The notes under the pieces: model-generated
Databases searched by the model: none
Told to the model about the DNA's origin: nothing
The model's input: the letters and a program-made list of their open reading frames with translations, nothing else
NCBI RefSeq assembly: GCF_009914755.1
Contig: NC_060937.1
Reading direction: 5' to 3' (one strand)
DNA: 64,000 nucleotides
From: the human T2T-CHM13v2.0 reference genome, Homo sapiens
Shown here: piece after piece, positions 40,626 to 54,083 of the stretch
How positions within the stretch are numbered: position 1 is the stretch's first letter
Layout of the letters: each line of letters begins with the position of its first letter
Position numbers and translations under genes: made by a program

Positions 40626-42569
40626 AAATCTCCATTTTATAGCTGAGAAGACAGAGGCTTCAAGAGGGCATTTTGCCCATGACCCCGCAGCTAATACATC
40701 ACACAGCCAGCCCTGAAGCCCAGCACCTTGTGACTCCCCTCCTGCGCTGCCTCTGGGTTGGTGGGTTAGGTTCCTTTCCCTGTTTGCTCTGATGAGAGAG
40801 GCCCTTTATCTGAGTACAACAAAGCAATCACTACTCCCCAGTCCCCTCAATAGTCCCTGGGACTCTGTCCTTCTGGTCTCTTTCCTACCCACCTCCTGGG
40901 TCCTGGGGATTCCATCCTCTTTTGAGCTCTGCTTTATTCCCTGCTGGTCACCTCTCTACTTCCTTGTCCCCTGAAGGGCCACCCGCAGTACCACCCTGCA
41001 CAGCATGTTCTGAAGGTCTGTGGTGATGGAGGACCATAGTCTCAACTGAATCCTCTGTTTGAACCTCCTTCAGACCGTCAGCGTTGGTTTTCCACTCCTT
41101 TGCAAGATAAAGTATACGTGGAAGTTTTGGAATCGCAATTCCTCCTGGTGGAATCACATTCTCAGATATTTTCTTCCCTAACCAGCCTTTATAACCAGAA
41201 ATGCAACAGTGGGAAGATTCTTCTGTTGTCCAAAGCCAGTCTCTAGGGTTGTGGGCTGGTCTTTTTGTTCCTGTTGTCTCTTGCACGTCATGGAGGAAAT
41301 GAACAGCCCAGAAACCTGGGCACAAAGATACCATTCAACCTTGAAATTCTTCTCCACTCTGTACTGCCTGGGACGTCTTCTCCACTGGTGTGAAGACCTA
41401 GTATTTATTGTTTATCTCATTATGTAACATTTCACATGTAGTGGAGGCTCCAGACTGAGCAGAAGCTGGGCTTACAGACGTGTCTGGGCATCTGATGAAC
41501 TCACTGAGGCAAGCTCAGAGTCAGTGTAGATTTGCATGGTCTTTATTTAGGAAAAGAGGACTACAGGAACATGAAGTAGTGAGCTCAGCCAGTGATGTTT
41601 GTCCTGGAGACAGGTCCCCTGGCCCTGCACCAGGAATGTGAGTCTGAGCCTCTCACTGGAGAGTGAGCCTTCAGGCACAAGTGAAGGAGCAAGAGTCTGA
41701 GAGTCTTGAAGGCACGAGAAGTCCTCTGGGGTAGCCAAACATGACCCAAAGTGAGGGAAAGGACCATTCTTGTTTCTGCATGGGGCACAGCATGGCTTTA
41801 GTGGATGCAATGTGCACAGTAGATAGTCAATGACTAAGCACTCATTAGGAAGAAGAGAGGGAGGAAAGGAAAGAAGGAAGGACACTTGAGGAATATAGAG
41901 GTCTGAGCATCACCTCAAGGACATGCAGCTTTGAGAGTCCCAAGACAGTCTATCCAAGTCACATCCTCCTCAATTATCATGCAGATCCAGGCCATGAAGG
42001 CCCTTGAGAAGTCCCGTGACAGCATTCATGAGCAAAGCGGTCTAAGAAGAATGTGAAGAATACCAGGTAGTGAAGACTGTAATTTCACGGAAACACCCCC
42101 CAGCCTCGCAGGAAGAACCAGGTGAGGCTTTGTCCAGGGTGGGTGGAAGTAGGCTGTAGGACATGATTGTTTAGCTGTGAAGAGCACAAGGTATCTGGCT
42201 GTGGGGCGATGGGTTCAAAATCCACCCTGCTATCTGCTTGTGAAGCTTCAGCTGGACACGGCTGCAGTCACTGAAGAGGTTGGCTTATTCTAAGTGCACG
42301 TGGGTGCCACATGGACTAGCAGTGGCCTCCACAGGAGCAGTGATTTTGATTCTGTCTGTACCTGGAGCCTGAGAAGCCCCCGAGGAGACTTCAACTACAT
42401 GCTGTGCAGGGACAATTGTCTTCCTTGTGGCAACTTTTCAGTAATCATTGATTGATCAATTCATCGTTATTGCTTACTTTGGTCTTACGAAACTGATAGA
42501 GATACAGTTGTATTTCTACCTGTATAATTGGTTGTAAACTTTCAACCTTGATTGTAAACCGAAGGCATA

Positions 42570-42735
42570 GAGGTGTGGGGCTAAGAGGCAGGAACACATG
42601 GCCTGGGTTGGAATCATACCTCTGTCTTTGGAAAATGGATTGAACCTCTCTGTGCCTCTGCTTCTTACTTTGCAGGATTCTCCTGAGGATTAAATGGGCT
42701 GGCATTCATAAAGCTCCTAAGACCTGCTTGGTGCT
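42570..42735 (+). mobile_element. MIR
   Basis: 'gcctgggttggaatc...tgaacctctctgtgcctctgcttc...tgaggattaaatg'. Confidence 0.6.
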
Positions 42736-43141
42736 TGAGCAGAAGTCAGATGTGCCAATTCGTGGTTTACATGGAATACCTCCATTCCTGCCTATCCTCC
42801 TGTTTCTACCTGCTGCCACTGGAAGGGTTGCTTGGAGCTTTGCGATAATCTTTACTTTCAGCCAGGGAGAAAGGAGAAAGCTGCCCAAGGCAGGGAGTGC
42901 TTGGGGGAGCATCCTGTAGGAATGCACTCTGTGGACCTTGCTCAGTTCAGACCAACAGGTGTTCATTGCATTCCAGGCCTGTTTGCTTCCAGGAATGCAC
43001 AGGTGAGTATTTCATGGTCCTTTCTTCATTTCCTCCTATGTAGATTCATGCGCATTTTCAGATATCTTTGACAATGGAAATACTTCTGAGTAGTTTGCAG
43101 GCATATCACGAGGTGGGCTCGGTTCAGTCAGACTCCTTTCC

Positions 43142-43348
43142 TTATAACAGGACAGCATGGAGGTGTGGGGATTATAACAGGGCGGCATGGAGGCGTGGGG
43201 ATTATAATGGTGACATGGAGGTGTGGGGATTATAACAGGGCTGCATGGAGGCGTGGAGATTATAACAGTGGCATGGAGGCGTGGGGATTATAACAGGGTG
43301 GCATGGGGCTGTGGGAATTATAACAGGGTGGGATGGAGGTATGGGGGA
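43142..43348. repeat. 28-31-bp minisatellite, 7 copies
   Basis: Consensus ttataacagggyggcatggaggygtgggga with units starting at 43142, 43172, 43202, 43230, 43260, 43288 and 43318. Confidence 0.93.
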
Positions 43349-43922
43349 TTTTGACTGCGAAGACAGCAGACATACTCATTTTGAAAGTGGGGACATTTGA
43401 GGGTCTCAACAAAAATGAGCAACACCAGGAGAAAGGGCTTTAGAAAAGGGCACAGAAGACTGGCAAAGTCAAATCACCTCTTTTCCAAAGCTCACAAAGG
43501 GTCCACCCTGAGCAGTGCATGGAAGGAGAAGACACTCTTTCTCCTCTTGGTCTCACTTTCTAATGGTGAATCCATGTTCTTGGGACCCAGAACTCTTAAT
43601 AAAACAATCTACCTACTTTATGGATTCAATAATTTTTTGCTGTGTAGCCTAAGAAAATGACTCTCAGTCATTCACTCCAGCCTCTTGAGGGAGCTCCAGC
43701 CCCCAGTGTCCTTCCCCTACCTGGTAGCTCCCTGCCCTATCTCTCTCCAAAATGTCCTGTGTCAAGACCAAGGAGTCTCCTGGCTGGGGGTGCTGGTGAG
43801 AAGATGCAAGTGGTTAGGGGCTCTTCGGTCCTCACGGCTATGCTAGTTGATATCACCTTCTTTCAGGGAGCTGGAGGTGGGAGAAGGGTTTGTGCTTTTT
43901 TTAGCTCTTGGCCCTTTTATCG

Positions 43923-44308
43923 TGCATTAGTCCATTCTGCATTGCTATAAAGGAACACCTGAGGCTGGGTAATATATAAAGAAAAGAGGTTTATTTGTCT
44001 CATGGTCTGCACCAGCATCTGCTTCTGGGGAGGCCTCAGGAAGCTTTCACTCATGGTAGAAGGTAAAGGAGGAGCAGGTGTGTCACACGGTGAGAGAGGG
44101 AGCAAGAGAGCGCTCAGGCTCTTTTAAACAACCAACGCTTGTGGGAGTGAATAGAGTGAGAACTCACTCACTCCCGTGGGGAGGGCACCAAGCCACTCAT
44201 GAGGTACCCGCCCCTGTGACCCAAACACTTTCCAGCAGGGCCCACCTCCAACGTTGGGATCATATTACAACATGAGATTTGGAGGGGACAAGCATCCAAA
44301 CTATATTA
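43923..44308 (-). mobile_element. MST (MSTA/B-like) MaLR solo LTR
   Basis: tgcattagtccattctgcattgctataaagg...gagatttggaggggaca...caaactatatta. Confidence 0.85.
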
Positions 44309-44475
44309 TGTAGATATATTTTTTCCCACATAGTGTGAAAGGATGGGTTAGTGTGAGTGAGTGGGCCTGGGCCACCTTCGATGTGAGGGAGCTCCCTCCA
44401 GCTCTGCTGTAGATCTTGGGAACAAATAAATGTGTATCTTCCCTTTGCTCCTCTATTCCGAAGAGAAATGAGCTC

Positions 44476-44875
44476 TGTTAGGGGCTGAATTGCATTGCCT
44501 CACGTCTCCCATCCAAATTCGTATCCTACAGTCCCAATCCCCAGTACCTCAAAGTGTGGCCTTATTTGGAGATAGGACCTTTAAAGAGGCAATTAGGTTA
44601 AAATTGGGGCAGTATGTTGGGTCCTATTCCAATCTGACTGGCGTCTTCATAAGAAAAGGAAATTTGGACACACACAGAGATACCAGGGATGCTCACACAG
44701 AGGAAAGGCCATGTGGAGACCCAGCAAGAAGGATGAGGGAGGCCCCAGGAGCACCGACACCTCCTGACACCTTGATCCTAGACTTCTTGACTACAGAACT
44801 GTGGGACTATACATGTCTGTTTAAGCACCCCAGGCCATGGGACATCGTCATGATGGGCCTGAGCAGACAAATACA
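44476..44875 (+). mobile_element. MLT1 (A/B-like) MaLR solo LTR
   Basis: tgttaggggctgaattg...ccccagtacctca...ccttatttggagatagg...gacaaataca. Confidence 0.8.
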
Positions 44876-45118
44876 AGTACCGTCCACCCTCCCCACTCCA
44901 CCAAAGATGAGGATCAAGCACATGGGGTGAGAGGAAACGGACAGAAGTAAATCAGCTCCCAGTCCAGGCTCTGGCTCATTAGGTAGAGCCCCTGTGGCCC
45001 ACGTATTGTCCCCATCTAAATCAGCCGGCTTAGGGGCTTGACCTGTGAGTAACAGACAGGGTGCATCTCTCCTTGCTGTCTTCCTTGCCTTCTACCCCAG
45101 AGAGGGAGAACCTGCGGC

Positions 45119-45227
45119 TGATCCGGGTGGGTATCTGGTCCAGGACCAGGATTTGGCTAAATATCTTTCCATGTGATCCGGGTGAGTGTCTGGTCAAGGA
45201 CCAGGATTTGGCCAAATAGCTTTCCAT
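45119..45227. repeat. 55-bp tandem duplication
   Basis: tgatccgggtg...caggatttggc.aaata.ctttccat at 45119 and 45174, 5 mismatches. Confidence 0.9.
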
Positions 45228-45522
45228 CTCATCACACAGTTAACACTAATTGTTACTTATAACCTCACTGTCATGGGAAAATATGTTCTAAACTACCAAC
45301 AAGAATTTACACATGTTATTTTTGGATTGCAATGGGACTAGCAATATTTGTAGATGTCTTATCAACATTCAAATTGTATACACTTTTTTTTTAACCAGCA
45401 TGTTGTTTAGTTCAATCTTTGCCCTAATGTAGGCCAATCTTTCCGTAATTAGTTCTAATTGCTGTACTCGTCAGGTTGAGTAAATGGCTTCAGAGGATTT
45501 TTCATAGATAAGATATAGGCTG

Positions 45523-45814
45523 GGCCAGGTGCGGTGGCTCATGCCTGTAATCCCAGCACTTTGGGAGGCCAAGGCGGGCGGATCACGAGGTCAGGAGATG
45601 GAGACCATCCTGGCTAACACAGTTAAACCTCATCTGTACTAAAAATGCAAAAGAAAATTAGCCGGGCGTGGTGGTGGGCGCCTGTAGTCCCAGCGCTCGG
45701 GAGGCTGCGGGAGAATGGTGTGAACCCGGGAGGCGGAGCTTGCAGTGAGCCTAGATAGTGCCACTGCACTCCAGGCTGGGCGACAGAGCGAGACTCCGTC
45801 TAAAAAAAAAAAAA
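45523..45814 (+). mobile_element. AluY with (AT)n/(GT)n microsatellite after the tail
   Basis: 'gatcacgaggtcaggagatggagaccatcctggctaacac', 'gaacccgggaggcggagcttgcag'; A tail then (TA)n to ~45833. Confidence 0.92.
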
Positions 45815-47134
45815 TATATATATATATATATATGTGTGTAGATCTTATTCATAGTCACTAAAGAAATTCCCTTTAATGCTCATTATTTCTAGAAACGAAA
45901 GGAGATAATCATATAATAAAGTGCTAGGCCAAATGCTAGGCCTATAATCTAATGTTTCATAAATGTTAGCTATTATTGTCATTATTATAAAAAAGAGTCA
46001 AAGAAATACAATGGTATACTTTTTTGTCTTTTGTCTTGTTTTATCTGTTAGTCACCTTCAGGGCAATGCCTGTAAAAGTAATGTTAATGATGACAGAAGT
46101 CTATAATGCTTTCCCAAGTGTTGGGTGACTACAGTATCACCTTTTCTACAGAGGGATAAAAATAAACACTTCCCGTGGGTAACAACATGCTGATCTTCAA
46201 GCATTTTGCAATTCAGATGTTCCGTTTCACTCTCTTTAACAGCTCAGAGAATATTTCCATCTTATCTGGTTGTAGGACCCAGGTTTGAAGGTTTTACATG
46301 CCCCTTTACCCCCGTCTTCTTGCCAGCATTAGCTAAGTTGTCCACTGAATTTTTTTTTTTTTTTTTTTTTTTTTACAGGAGTGAGGCCTCAGGATTCAAG
46401 ACTTCTGGATGTTGTTTCACTTATATATTTTTCACTTTAGGATAATGCATTTACTGGGAAAAATAAACAATTGTAGCTCAAGGCTGAGGCCCAGATGAAG
46501 TGCGGGATCCCTGGCAAGAGTGTAGCCCCGCGTGCACGTGCCCTCCCTGTGCTGTTTTGGTGGGGAGGGCAGCTCACAGGGCTCACGGGAAAGGAAGCAA
46601 GCATGTTAGAGGTGGCTGCATTGTAAGAGTAAATTCCATCTGATTTACAAAGTCCTCAGAGCAGCTCCCTGTGGCTCTGGCAGCTAACTGATCCAGTTAA
46701 TGGAAAGGGCGTGGCCTTGTGCCTGGCTTCTGATGTGCCCTCGCTGTAATCCCACCCGCGCCATGGTCTAGCCACACTGGGCGGCCTCTCCCTGCTCGCT
46801 CCTCTCCTCTGCTTTCGTCTGCTGGGACTTCTCCCACGGCTGCACCACGTTAGGGCCTGCTGGGTGGCCGCATGGGATGCATTTTCTACCACAGATGGCC
46901 ATGGCTGAGGGCAGATGGGCCTCCTGAAGGTAGGTCCATCCCGGCTGCAGTGGACGCAGGGCTCCCGAGAAACTCAGTTGCTGAGAAGTGTCGTTTTCCA
47001 ATCAGCTAGCCTAGGTAAGCCCTGTCATGGAGTCAAAGATGCTGCTTGCCTTTTTCTTTAGCATAGAAACTCCTTAATTAAATATGTAAATACGGCCTTT
47101 AAAAAAATTCTGTAGGAGTAGGGATGTTTTTTAT

Positions 47135-47435
<301 letters not shown>

Positions 47436-47984
47436 TTTTACCTTTTATACAGGAGAAGGATCCATTTATTTAACAAGGGACACAGACCAAATCTCATCAT
47501 GTGGCTCACAGGGAGGTGAAGAGAGACACGTGGAAGGACAGAATTTCACAGGAAGGATCTTTCAAAAAACCTCAACCAGATAGAAGGACAAATCTGGAGG
47601 TGTTCAGGCCTCATCCCTACATGGGCAGGCAGAGCTGGCTGTGGGTACGGTGGGGAGCAGAAAAATGGACTTGCAGTAGGAAATCCCCTTGGGCTGGGGG
47701 CAGGAGGCCTGGTCCTGGTCTAAGGACTGCGGAGTTAGGAGTAGCCTGGGTAAAATAGAGAGGGTGGGCTGACCTCCAGGGCCTCCAGCTTGTCATTTCC
47801 TCAGGAAGCCCCAGCTGCTGGTGCCTGGGCTGTCTCCTCTTGCGGCTCCACACACGTGTCCTTCTCGAAGTCATTGTGGGTGGTCGCTGTGACAGTCTGC
47901 TGGGGCTTCCCCTGTGCCTCCTGGGTCTCGTTACCAAAAAGTAACCTAGCTCTGGCACAGAGTGGACACTCAGCAAATATTCAT

Positions 47985-48160
47985 GAGGGTGATGGAGGGG
48001 AGCAGAGGAAAAAGGGGGAAAGATGGAAAAAGGAGGAGGGGAGAGAAAGGAGTGAAAAACAATTGAAGGAAGGAGAGATGTGAGAGAGGATGTGAGGACA
48101 GGATGGAGGGATGGGGGAGGAAGGAAGCGGGAAGGGACGGAGTAGGAGGGAGGGAAGTAA
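47985..48160. repeat. Purine-rich (GA) low-complexity tract
   Basis: Almost entirely G/A on the + strand. Confidence 0.75.
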
Positions 48161-50689
48161 GCGGGCTCACTATTGCACCCTGCAAAACTCTTCTCTATTG
48201 TAAAACAAATGTCAGAATTGGAGAAAGTCAATCATTTGCAAAATAATACATTTGTAAAATGGTGAGAAAATGATGCAGTCTGAAAGGATGGTTTTTGGAT
48301 CAAGTAATCAATCCCACAGTGAGTATAGTCACTTCATTACCCACATATTATTCCATACTTAGATAAAAATTACATGTATGTGTGTTCTAATGTCACCTTT
48401 ATCCTATTTATACTTGTGGATCTACAGAAAGTTGGCTGTTGAGGGTCATACTACGAGAATGGATTAGGGCAAATCTTAATTTAAGCAGTCCCAATTTTGA
48501 GTTGGTGTACAAGATAGAAAACAAGCTATCTGAATAGTGCTGTCTTTAGAGTGTTACAGTTAAGCACTGACTCCGGTGGCACGGTTTGCCTGCCATCAGC
48601 CCACTTCCAGTGCTGGCCCCAGAGTCCTGGGGCTGCCCCTCTGTTGTTCTTTGTTGTTAGCAGTACGGTGCTAGGAGTATTTGAGAAGCTCGGAATCTTA
48701 AGAGGGTCTCCGATATCCCCACTCCGATTTTTATCAGGGCCAGTATTTGTCTCTGTACTATGTAGAACTTTAAGAGGAGAAAGGTGATATTTTACAAATT
48801 CTATAGGTTGCTTTTTAAGAGCTCTTCACATGCCTACTGAATGTTTAAAAATAAATGGTCTTTGTCACAGATGTCGCAAAATGATCATTGTAATTGGTCA
48901 AATGTATTACAAGGTCTGCGGAAAAGGTCAATTTCTTGGGCATAAAGCTGCTGTTTGTATGTGGACTGATTTAAGCCATAGGAAGTCTATTTTCAGAAGC
49001 AGTTTTCTATGAGTAGCTTTGAGGAGGAAAGGGTTTGAGGTCTGGACAGTGCAAATGAGGAATTACTGAAGGGTAAGTCATTTTCCTGGGAAGCCCTTTT
49101 TACCCAGTCCAAGGAAACCAACATCTTTGCTGAGGATGTGTGTTTTGTTCCCTGTTATTCCAATTCCCGGCCTTCCGGGAATCTCTTTGGCAGAACCCCC
49201 CCGGGGACCCAGTGGTGGGGGTGGAGTGAGGACTTGGGGGTGTCTGGTTCCATTTTATCCCCTGAATTCAGGCCCTTGGGCTGTTGAATAATATTACTAA
49301 TACTTTGTGTTTATGTAACAGTGAACAGCTTACAAGGTACTTTAATATATATTAGAATCAGAATTTTAGACCTGAAAGGAATATCAGGAATCCTCTAATC
49401 TTAGGGATATAAGAATATCAAGGATCCTCATTGCCTTCATTTTGGTCCTTCCAATGACCCCTCAAGGTAGGAAGAGCCGGCTCTTCAGGTAATTCAGGGT
49501 ATGCTTAAATTACAGATGAAGAAACGGAGACTTGGACAACAGGAGCATCTTGTCCGAGCCACATGACTTGTAAGCAACAAAACCAGCCCTCGAAGGTAGT
49601 TGCTCTGGCCCCAAAATCTTGCTGCCCAGAGGCCACCTCCCTGCCCAGGAATATTGCCACAGTCCTGGCTGTCCACAGCCTCCTGCCCACCCTTAGGGCA
49701 GCTGCAGAAGTTCCCTGCAAATTAAGGAAAATTTAACCAAAGACGACTGGATGGAGGATTTTAACAAGAATTAATTACTGGAACCTATTATTCATAACAC
49801 AGAAGGGCTATTTTCCCTGCATGGTTGAGGCAAGGATAGTGGATTTTGCAATAGGCTTTGGAGAAGGAAATTGCAGGTTTCATCACTTGTCACCTTTGGC
49901 CCACTCTCTTGCCACCTGCTGACTTCAAGAAAAATTTGCCTGAAGATGAGGATTAATGTAATGGCCGATTCCATTTCTTCTGTACTTTTTGGATGAAATT
50001 TGATCATTCTGCTTCACATTCTTTCTCCTCACCTGCTGGGGAAAGCAAATTGAATTCTTTGAAAGAAAATTCAGTCCAGACCAGAACACACACAGAACCA
50101 GCCCCTCTTAAAACGTAAGGGGCTCATCTTAGTCACAAATACTTACCTTCTGGTTTGTTTACATTGCACGGTTTATTCCATTAAGGTCCAATTTCAGGTG
50201 CTCAGTGAAACCCAGATGGCTCGAGGCTGGCTGCCCTGAAGAATCTAACCACCCATAAGTAAACAATTTCTTAGACTAACTTCCTTAAGGATTCGCTTGG
50301 AGTTCCCTGGGAACTTGGCTGGCAGAGGGCTTACTAACCTCCAGAGCTGCGGGCTGTTCTTTCCTGAGTCAGCCATTCTGAGCTGGGCATCCATTTGCTA
50401 ACCCAGCTTCTCAGCTGACGATGGGCTCTGTGCAGCCCAGGAAGGAGGCTCATCCCTCCTTTAGGGCCTCCTTGAACCACTTCTTCCTGCTCCCAAGCAC
50501 CTGGTGCAGGCTGCAGCTGCTTGGTAGCTGAGCAAATAAAATATCATCCAAATCACGGTATCCCCTACCCCCACATTTTAAAAATAGCTATTTGTCCCAG
50601 TTTTTTTTCCCCTTAGGGATTTTTAATATGTATACAGTGCATAATTGACACTCTTTGCTGAATCAGGATTTGTAGCTAGAAGGGACTAA

Positions 50690-50800
50690 TATATTTCATT
50701 TTGTAATTGAGCAAACTGAGGTGCAGAGAGGTTAAGTCACATGCCTGAAGCCCCCAAACCAGTGAATGCTGGAGCTGAGAGGGCAATCCCAATGTGACCT
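50690..50800 (-). mobile_element. MIR
   Basis: 'cattttgtaattgagcaaactgaggtgcagagaggttaagtcacatgcctgaag'. Confidence 0.65.
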
Positions 50801-51199
50801 AGAGTTCAGGACCACTTATGCCCTCCGGATATGGCCTCAGGCCCTCCTTCCTTTGAGGTCAAACTCCAGTTTCTCTCCTCCATGACTCTAGCCTACTGGA
50901 ATCTTTCCCCATTTTGAACTGTTTTTGCACTTAAAGTTCAGGCCATACAAATGAACACTGAGGAGTTGTTGTGTTGTTTGAGGACACTGGTTTTCTCCTC
51001 CCAATGAATCTGTAAGGTCTATAGGGATTACATCGTTCACTTCTTCTGTGTTCAGGGAACAGCAGAGTAAAGCTATATACACATCTAGTAAATGTGGATT
51101 GATTGATAGTTGATGTATGACCACCTGTCTTGGCTGCCACTCCCAGTTTAACTCCAGAGGGATAATGGTGTGTTCTGTTGAGCCTGGTGGATGTGGTAT

Positions 51200-51640
51200 A
51201 TTCTGTGATCTGCTTGTTGGCAATCCCAATCTGTCTCTTCTGGATTACTCTCCACATTCAGCTGCCATCCCTTTCTCCACCGCTTTCCATAATCAAGTGC
51301 TCCAGGTCCTCTTGACTGGCTTCTTGCTTCCTTGCTCTGTTCATTCTGTCTGAAGAGCTCTTCCCTTCATACTTGTCCTTTACCAGATGGCTCAGTGTCA
51401 CTGCCTATGTAGGAAAATAGCATCGTTTCCTCTCTGCCCTACAGCGTTGTGCATCTCCTGGGTCTAGAGCTTGCCTGCTTGTGTTCGGGTTATTTGTTTG
51501 CAAATCTCCCTCTCCACCAAGCCTGGGTGCCCCTAGAGAGCCAGGACCTGTCTGCTGTGTCTTTGCACCTGCCTTGCCTCAGGGCCTGGCACGGAGCTCT
51601 GAACTGAAGTGCTTCAGAATATTTGTTGAAGGGAATGACT
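51200..51640 (+). mobile_element. L2 3' fragments
   Basis: 'ggacctgtctgctgtgtctttgcacc...cagggcctggcac...aatatttgttgaagggaatga'. Confidence 0.5.
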
Positions 51641-51782
51641 GACTTGGCATGCGTTGTCAGACGAGGTAGCGGAAAGACAATGCACAGAGGGGTTGGCTAA
51701 GAATTCCTAACTGCGCCATAGCATGCTCTAAGCACTCATTGTCTGCAGACCATAGAACCTTGAGGAGCGTGAGAAGTTTTCT

Positions 51783-52084
51783 TTTTTTTTAATTTTTGTT
51801 TTTTGAGACAGAGTCTCGCTGTGTCACCCAGGCTGGAGTGCCGTGGTGCAATCTCAGCTCACTGCAACCTCCGCCTCCTGAGTTCAAGCAATTCTCCTGC
51901 CTCAACCTCCTGAGTTGCTGGGTTTACATGCGTGCGCCACCACGCCCAACTAGTTTTTGTATTTTTAGTAGGGACGGGGTTTCACCATGTTGGTCAGGTT
52001 GGTCTCCAGCTCCTGACCTCGTGATCCGCCCGCCTCGGCCTCCCACAGTGCTGGGATTACAGGCGTGAGCCACCTTGCCTGGCC
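51783..52084 (-). mobile_element. AluSg-like
   Basis: 'cctgacctcgtgatccgcccgcctcggcc'; perfect TSD gagaagttttct (51771-51782, 52085-52096). Confidence 0.93.
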
Positions 52085-52161
52085 GAGAAGTTTTCTAAAC
52101 TTCTAGAAGGCCCAGGCTCCATCCTTAGTAAAACTTTTCATCTATTGGGAAAACCTGAGTG

Positions 52162-52333
52162 TAGAGGTGAATTTATCCTGACGCTAATGGAACTTACACT
52201 TTAGGAACTCACTTGCCCAGATCCCTTCTAACATCTTATACTAAATTTTGGACTTGCAATTTTGTTTTCTTTTCCTTAAAAGAAAGCTTATAAAATGTAG
52301 ACCTTCAGACCTGTACACTGGCATCTGCACCTG
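52162..52333. mobile_element. Small hAT-type MITE (MER53-like)
   Basis: Degenerate inverted ends tagaggtgaattta / catctgcacctg and 'gctaatggaactta'. Family name from recall. Confidence 0.4.
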
Positions 52334-52632
52334 GCCTCGGGATGCCTTTTGGATCTTCCTCGGCAGAGGCACGGGAACACACGAGTCACTCTTCAGAGCT
52401 GAAGTCATGGGCTGGACAGTTTGAGAGCAGTTAATTCGGAGGTCTTACTGAGGACCCCAGGATTCTTTAGTGGATGAGATCCATTGTCCTTCTAGCCCAT
52501 TATTCTCTCTTTCATAGTTACACCAAGGAATGCTTTAGGAGGAAGTAAAGCACTTACCCTCAATGATATCTGCCTTAAAGACATAATTACATATGAGAGG
52601 TGTCTTTAATTAAATAAATACACCATGCCCAG

Positions 52633-53033
52633 TGCTGTGGTTTGAATGTGTTCCCCAAAGTTCATGTGTTTGAAACTTAACTCCCAATGCAACAGGGTTG
52701 GGAGGTGGAACGTAATGGGAGGTGTTTAGGTTAGGAGGGCTGTGCCCTCATGAATAGACTAATGTTGTGATTGAGGGAGTGCGTTCATTATTGCAGGAGT
52801 GGGTTTGTTATAAGTGAGTTTCAGCCCCCTTTGCACTCTCTTGCTCTTGCCTTCTCTTGCCCAACCACCTCCCACTATAGGATGACACAGTAGAAAGCTC
52901 CTTGCCAGCAGATGCTGGTGCCATGCTCTTGAACTTCTCAGCCTCCTGAACTGTGAGTCAATAAATTCCTGTTCTGTAGCAATTGCCCAGCCTTAGGTAT
53001 TCTGTTACTGCAGCACCCATGAACTAAGATACA
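52633..53033 (+). mobile_element. MST (MSTB1/C/D-like) MaLR solo LTR
   Basis: tgctgtggtttgaatgtg...gaactgtgagtcaataaattcc...gaactaagataca. Confidence 0.85.
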
Positions 53034-53392
53034 TAGTGTGTTTAAATTGTGTTATATGCTTTTGAAAAATTATTTATGTTTGTTACACCATTCTTTCTTT
53101 CCATGTGTCCTAGAAGGAGGATTGAGATAAGGGTCACCATCTGTATTAGCAGATGAAGAAGCTGAATCTAATGTCAATCAGTCATGGAAGGCCACAGAGC
53201 AACCCAAGTCAGAGTTGAGGTAGAACTTGAATCTTGTCTAACTTACAGTTTGTCTTCTTCATGAGCTTCAGAGAGAACAAGCATTATAAACCATGTATTG
53301 AGAAAAGCGCAGACTTTCTTTTCGCCAAAAAAGTGTTCCATTGTCAGAAGCATAGGGGCTGGAGGAAGTGATCAGAGTAGAAGGGGTCAAGA

Positions 53393-54083
53393 CAGGGAAG
53401 AATGTGTGTGTGTGTGTGTGTGCAGGAAAGTGTAGGTGGAGGTGTGTGTATGTGGGGAAGAGTGGGTGGTGTGTGAGTAGGTATGGGGAAGAGTGTGTGT
53501 GTAGGGAAAAGTGTATGTGTATGTAGGGAAGAGTCTGTGTGTGTAGGGAAGAGTGTGTGTGTGTGTGTGTGTAGGGAAGAGTGTGTGTGTCGGGAAGAAA
53601 GTGTGTGTGGGGGGGTGGAAGAGTGTGTGTGTGTAGGGAAGAGTGTGTGTGTGTAGGGAAGAGTGTGAGTGTGTAGGGAAGAGTGTGTGAGTGTGTAGGG
53701 AAGAGTGTGTGTAGGGAAGAGTGTGTGAGTGTGTAGGGGAGAGTGTGTGTGTGCAGGGAAGAGTGTGTGTGTCGGGAAGAGTGTGTGTGTGTGTCGGGAA
53801 GAGAGTGTGTGTGTGAGGAGGAAGAGTGTGTTTGTGTGTGTGTAGGGAAGAGTGTGTGTGTAGGGAAGAGTGTGTGTGTGTAGGGGATGTAGGTGGTGGG
53901 TGTGTATGTAGGGAAGAATGGGTGGTGTGTGTGTAGGGAAGAGCGTGTGTGTAGGGAAGAGTGTGTAGGGAAGAGTGTGTGTAGGGAAGAGTGGGTGTTT
54001 GTGTGTATAGTGAAGAGTGTGTGTGTGTGTAGAGAAGGTGGGTGGTGTGTGTGGGTGTGCATGCAGGTATGGAAGAGTGTGTG
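53393..54083. repeat. Complex (GT)n-AGGGAAGA tandem repeat, ~700 bp
   Basis: Roughly 25-30 agggaagag cores separated by variable (gt)n. Confidence 0.92.

Noticed and set aside
43142-43348. CRISPR-like ~30-bp repeats
   Set aside because: The units are head-to-tail without unique spacers, there are no cas genes, and the context is primate DNA.
47617-48231. 204-aa Pro/Ser-rich minus-strand ORF
   Set aside because: It spans a purine/pyrimidine low-complexity tract and has no recognisable domain.
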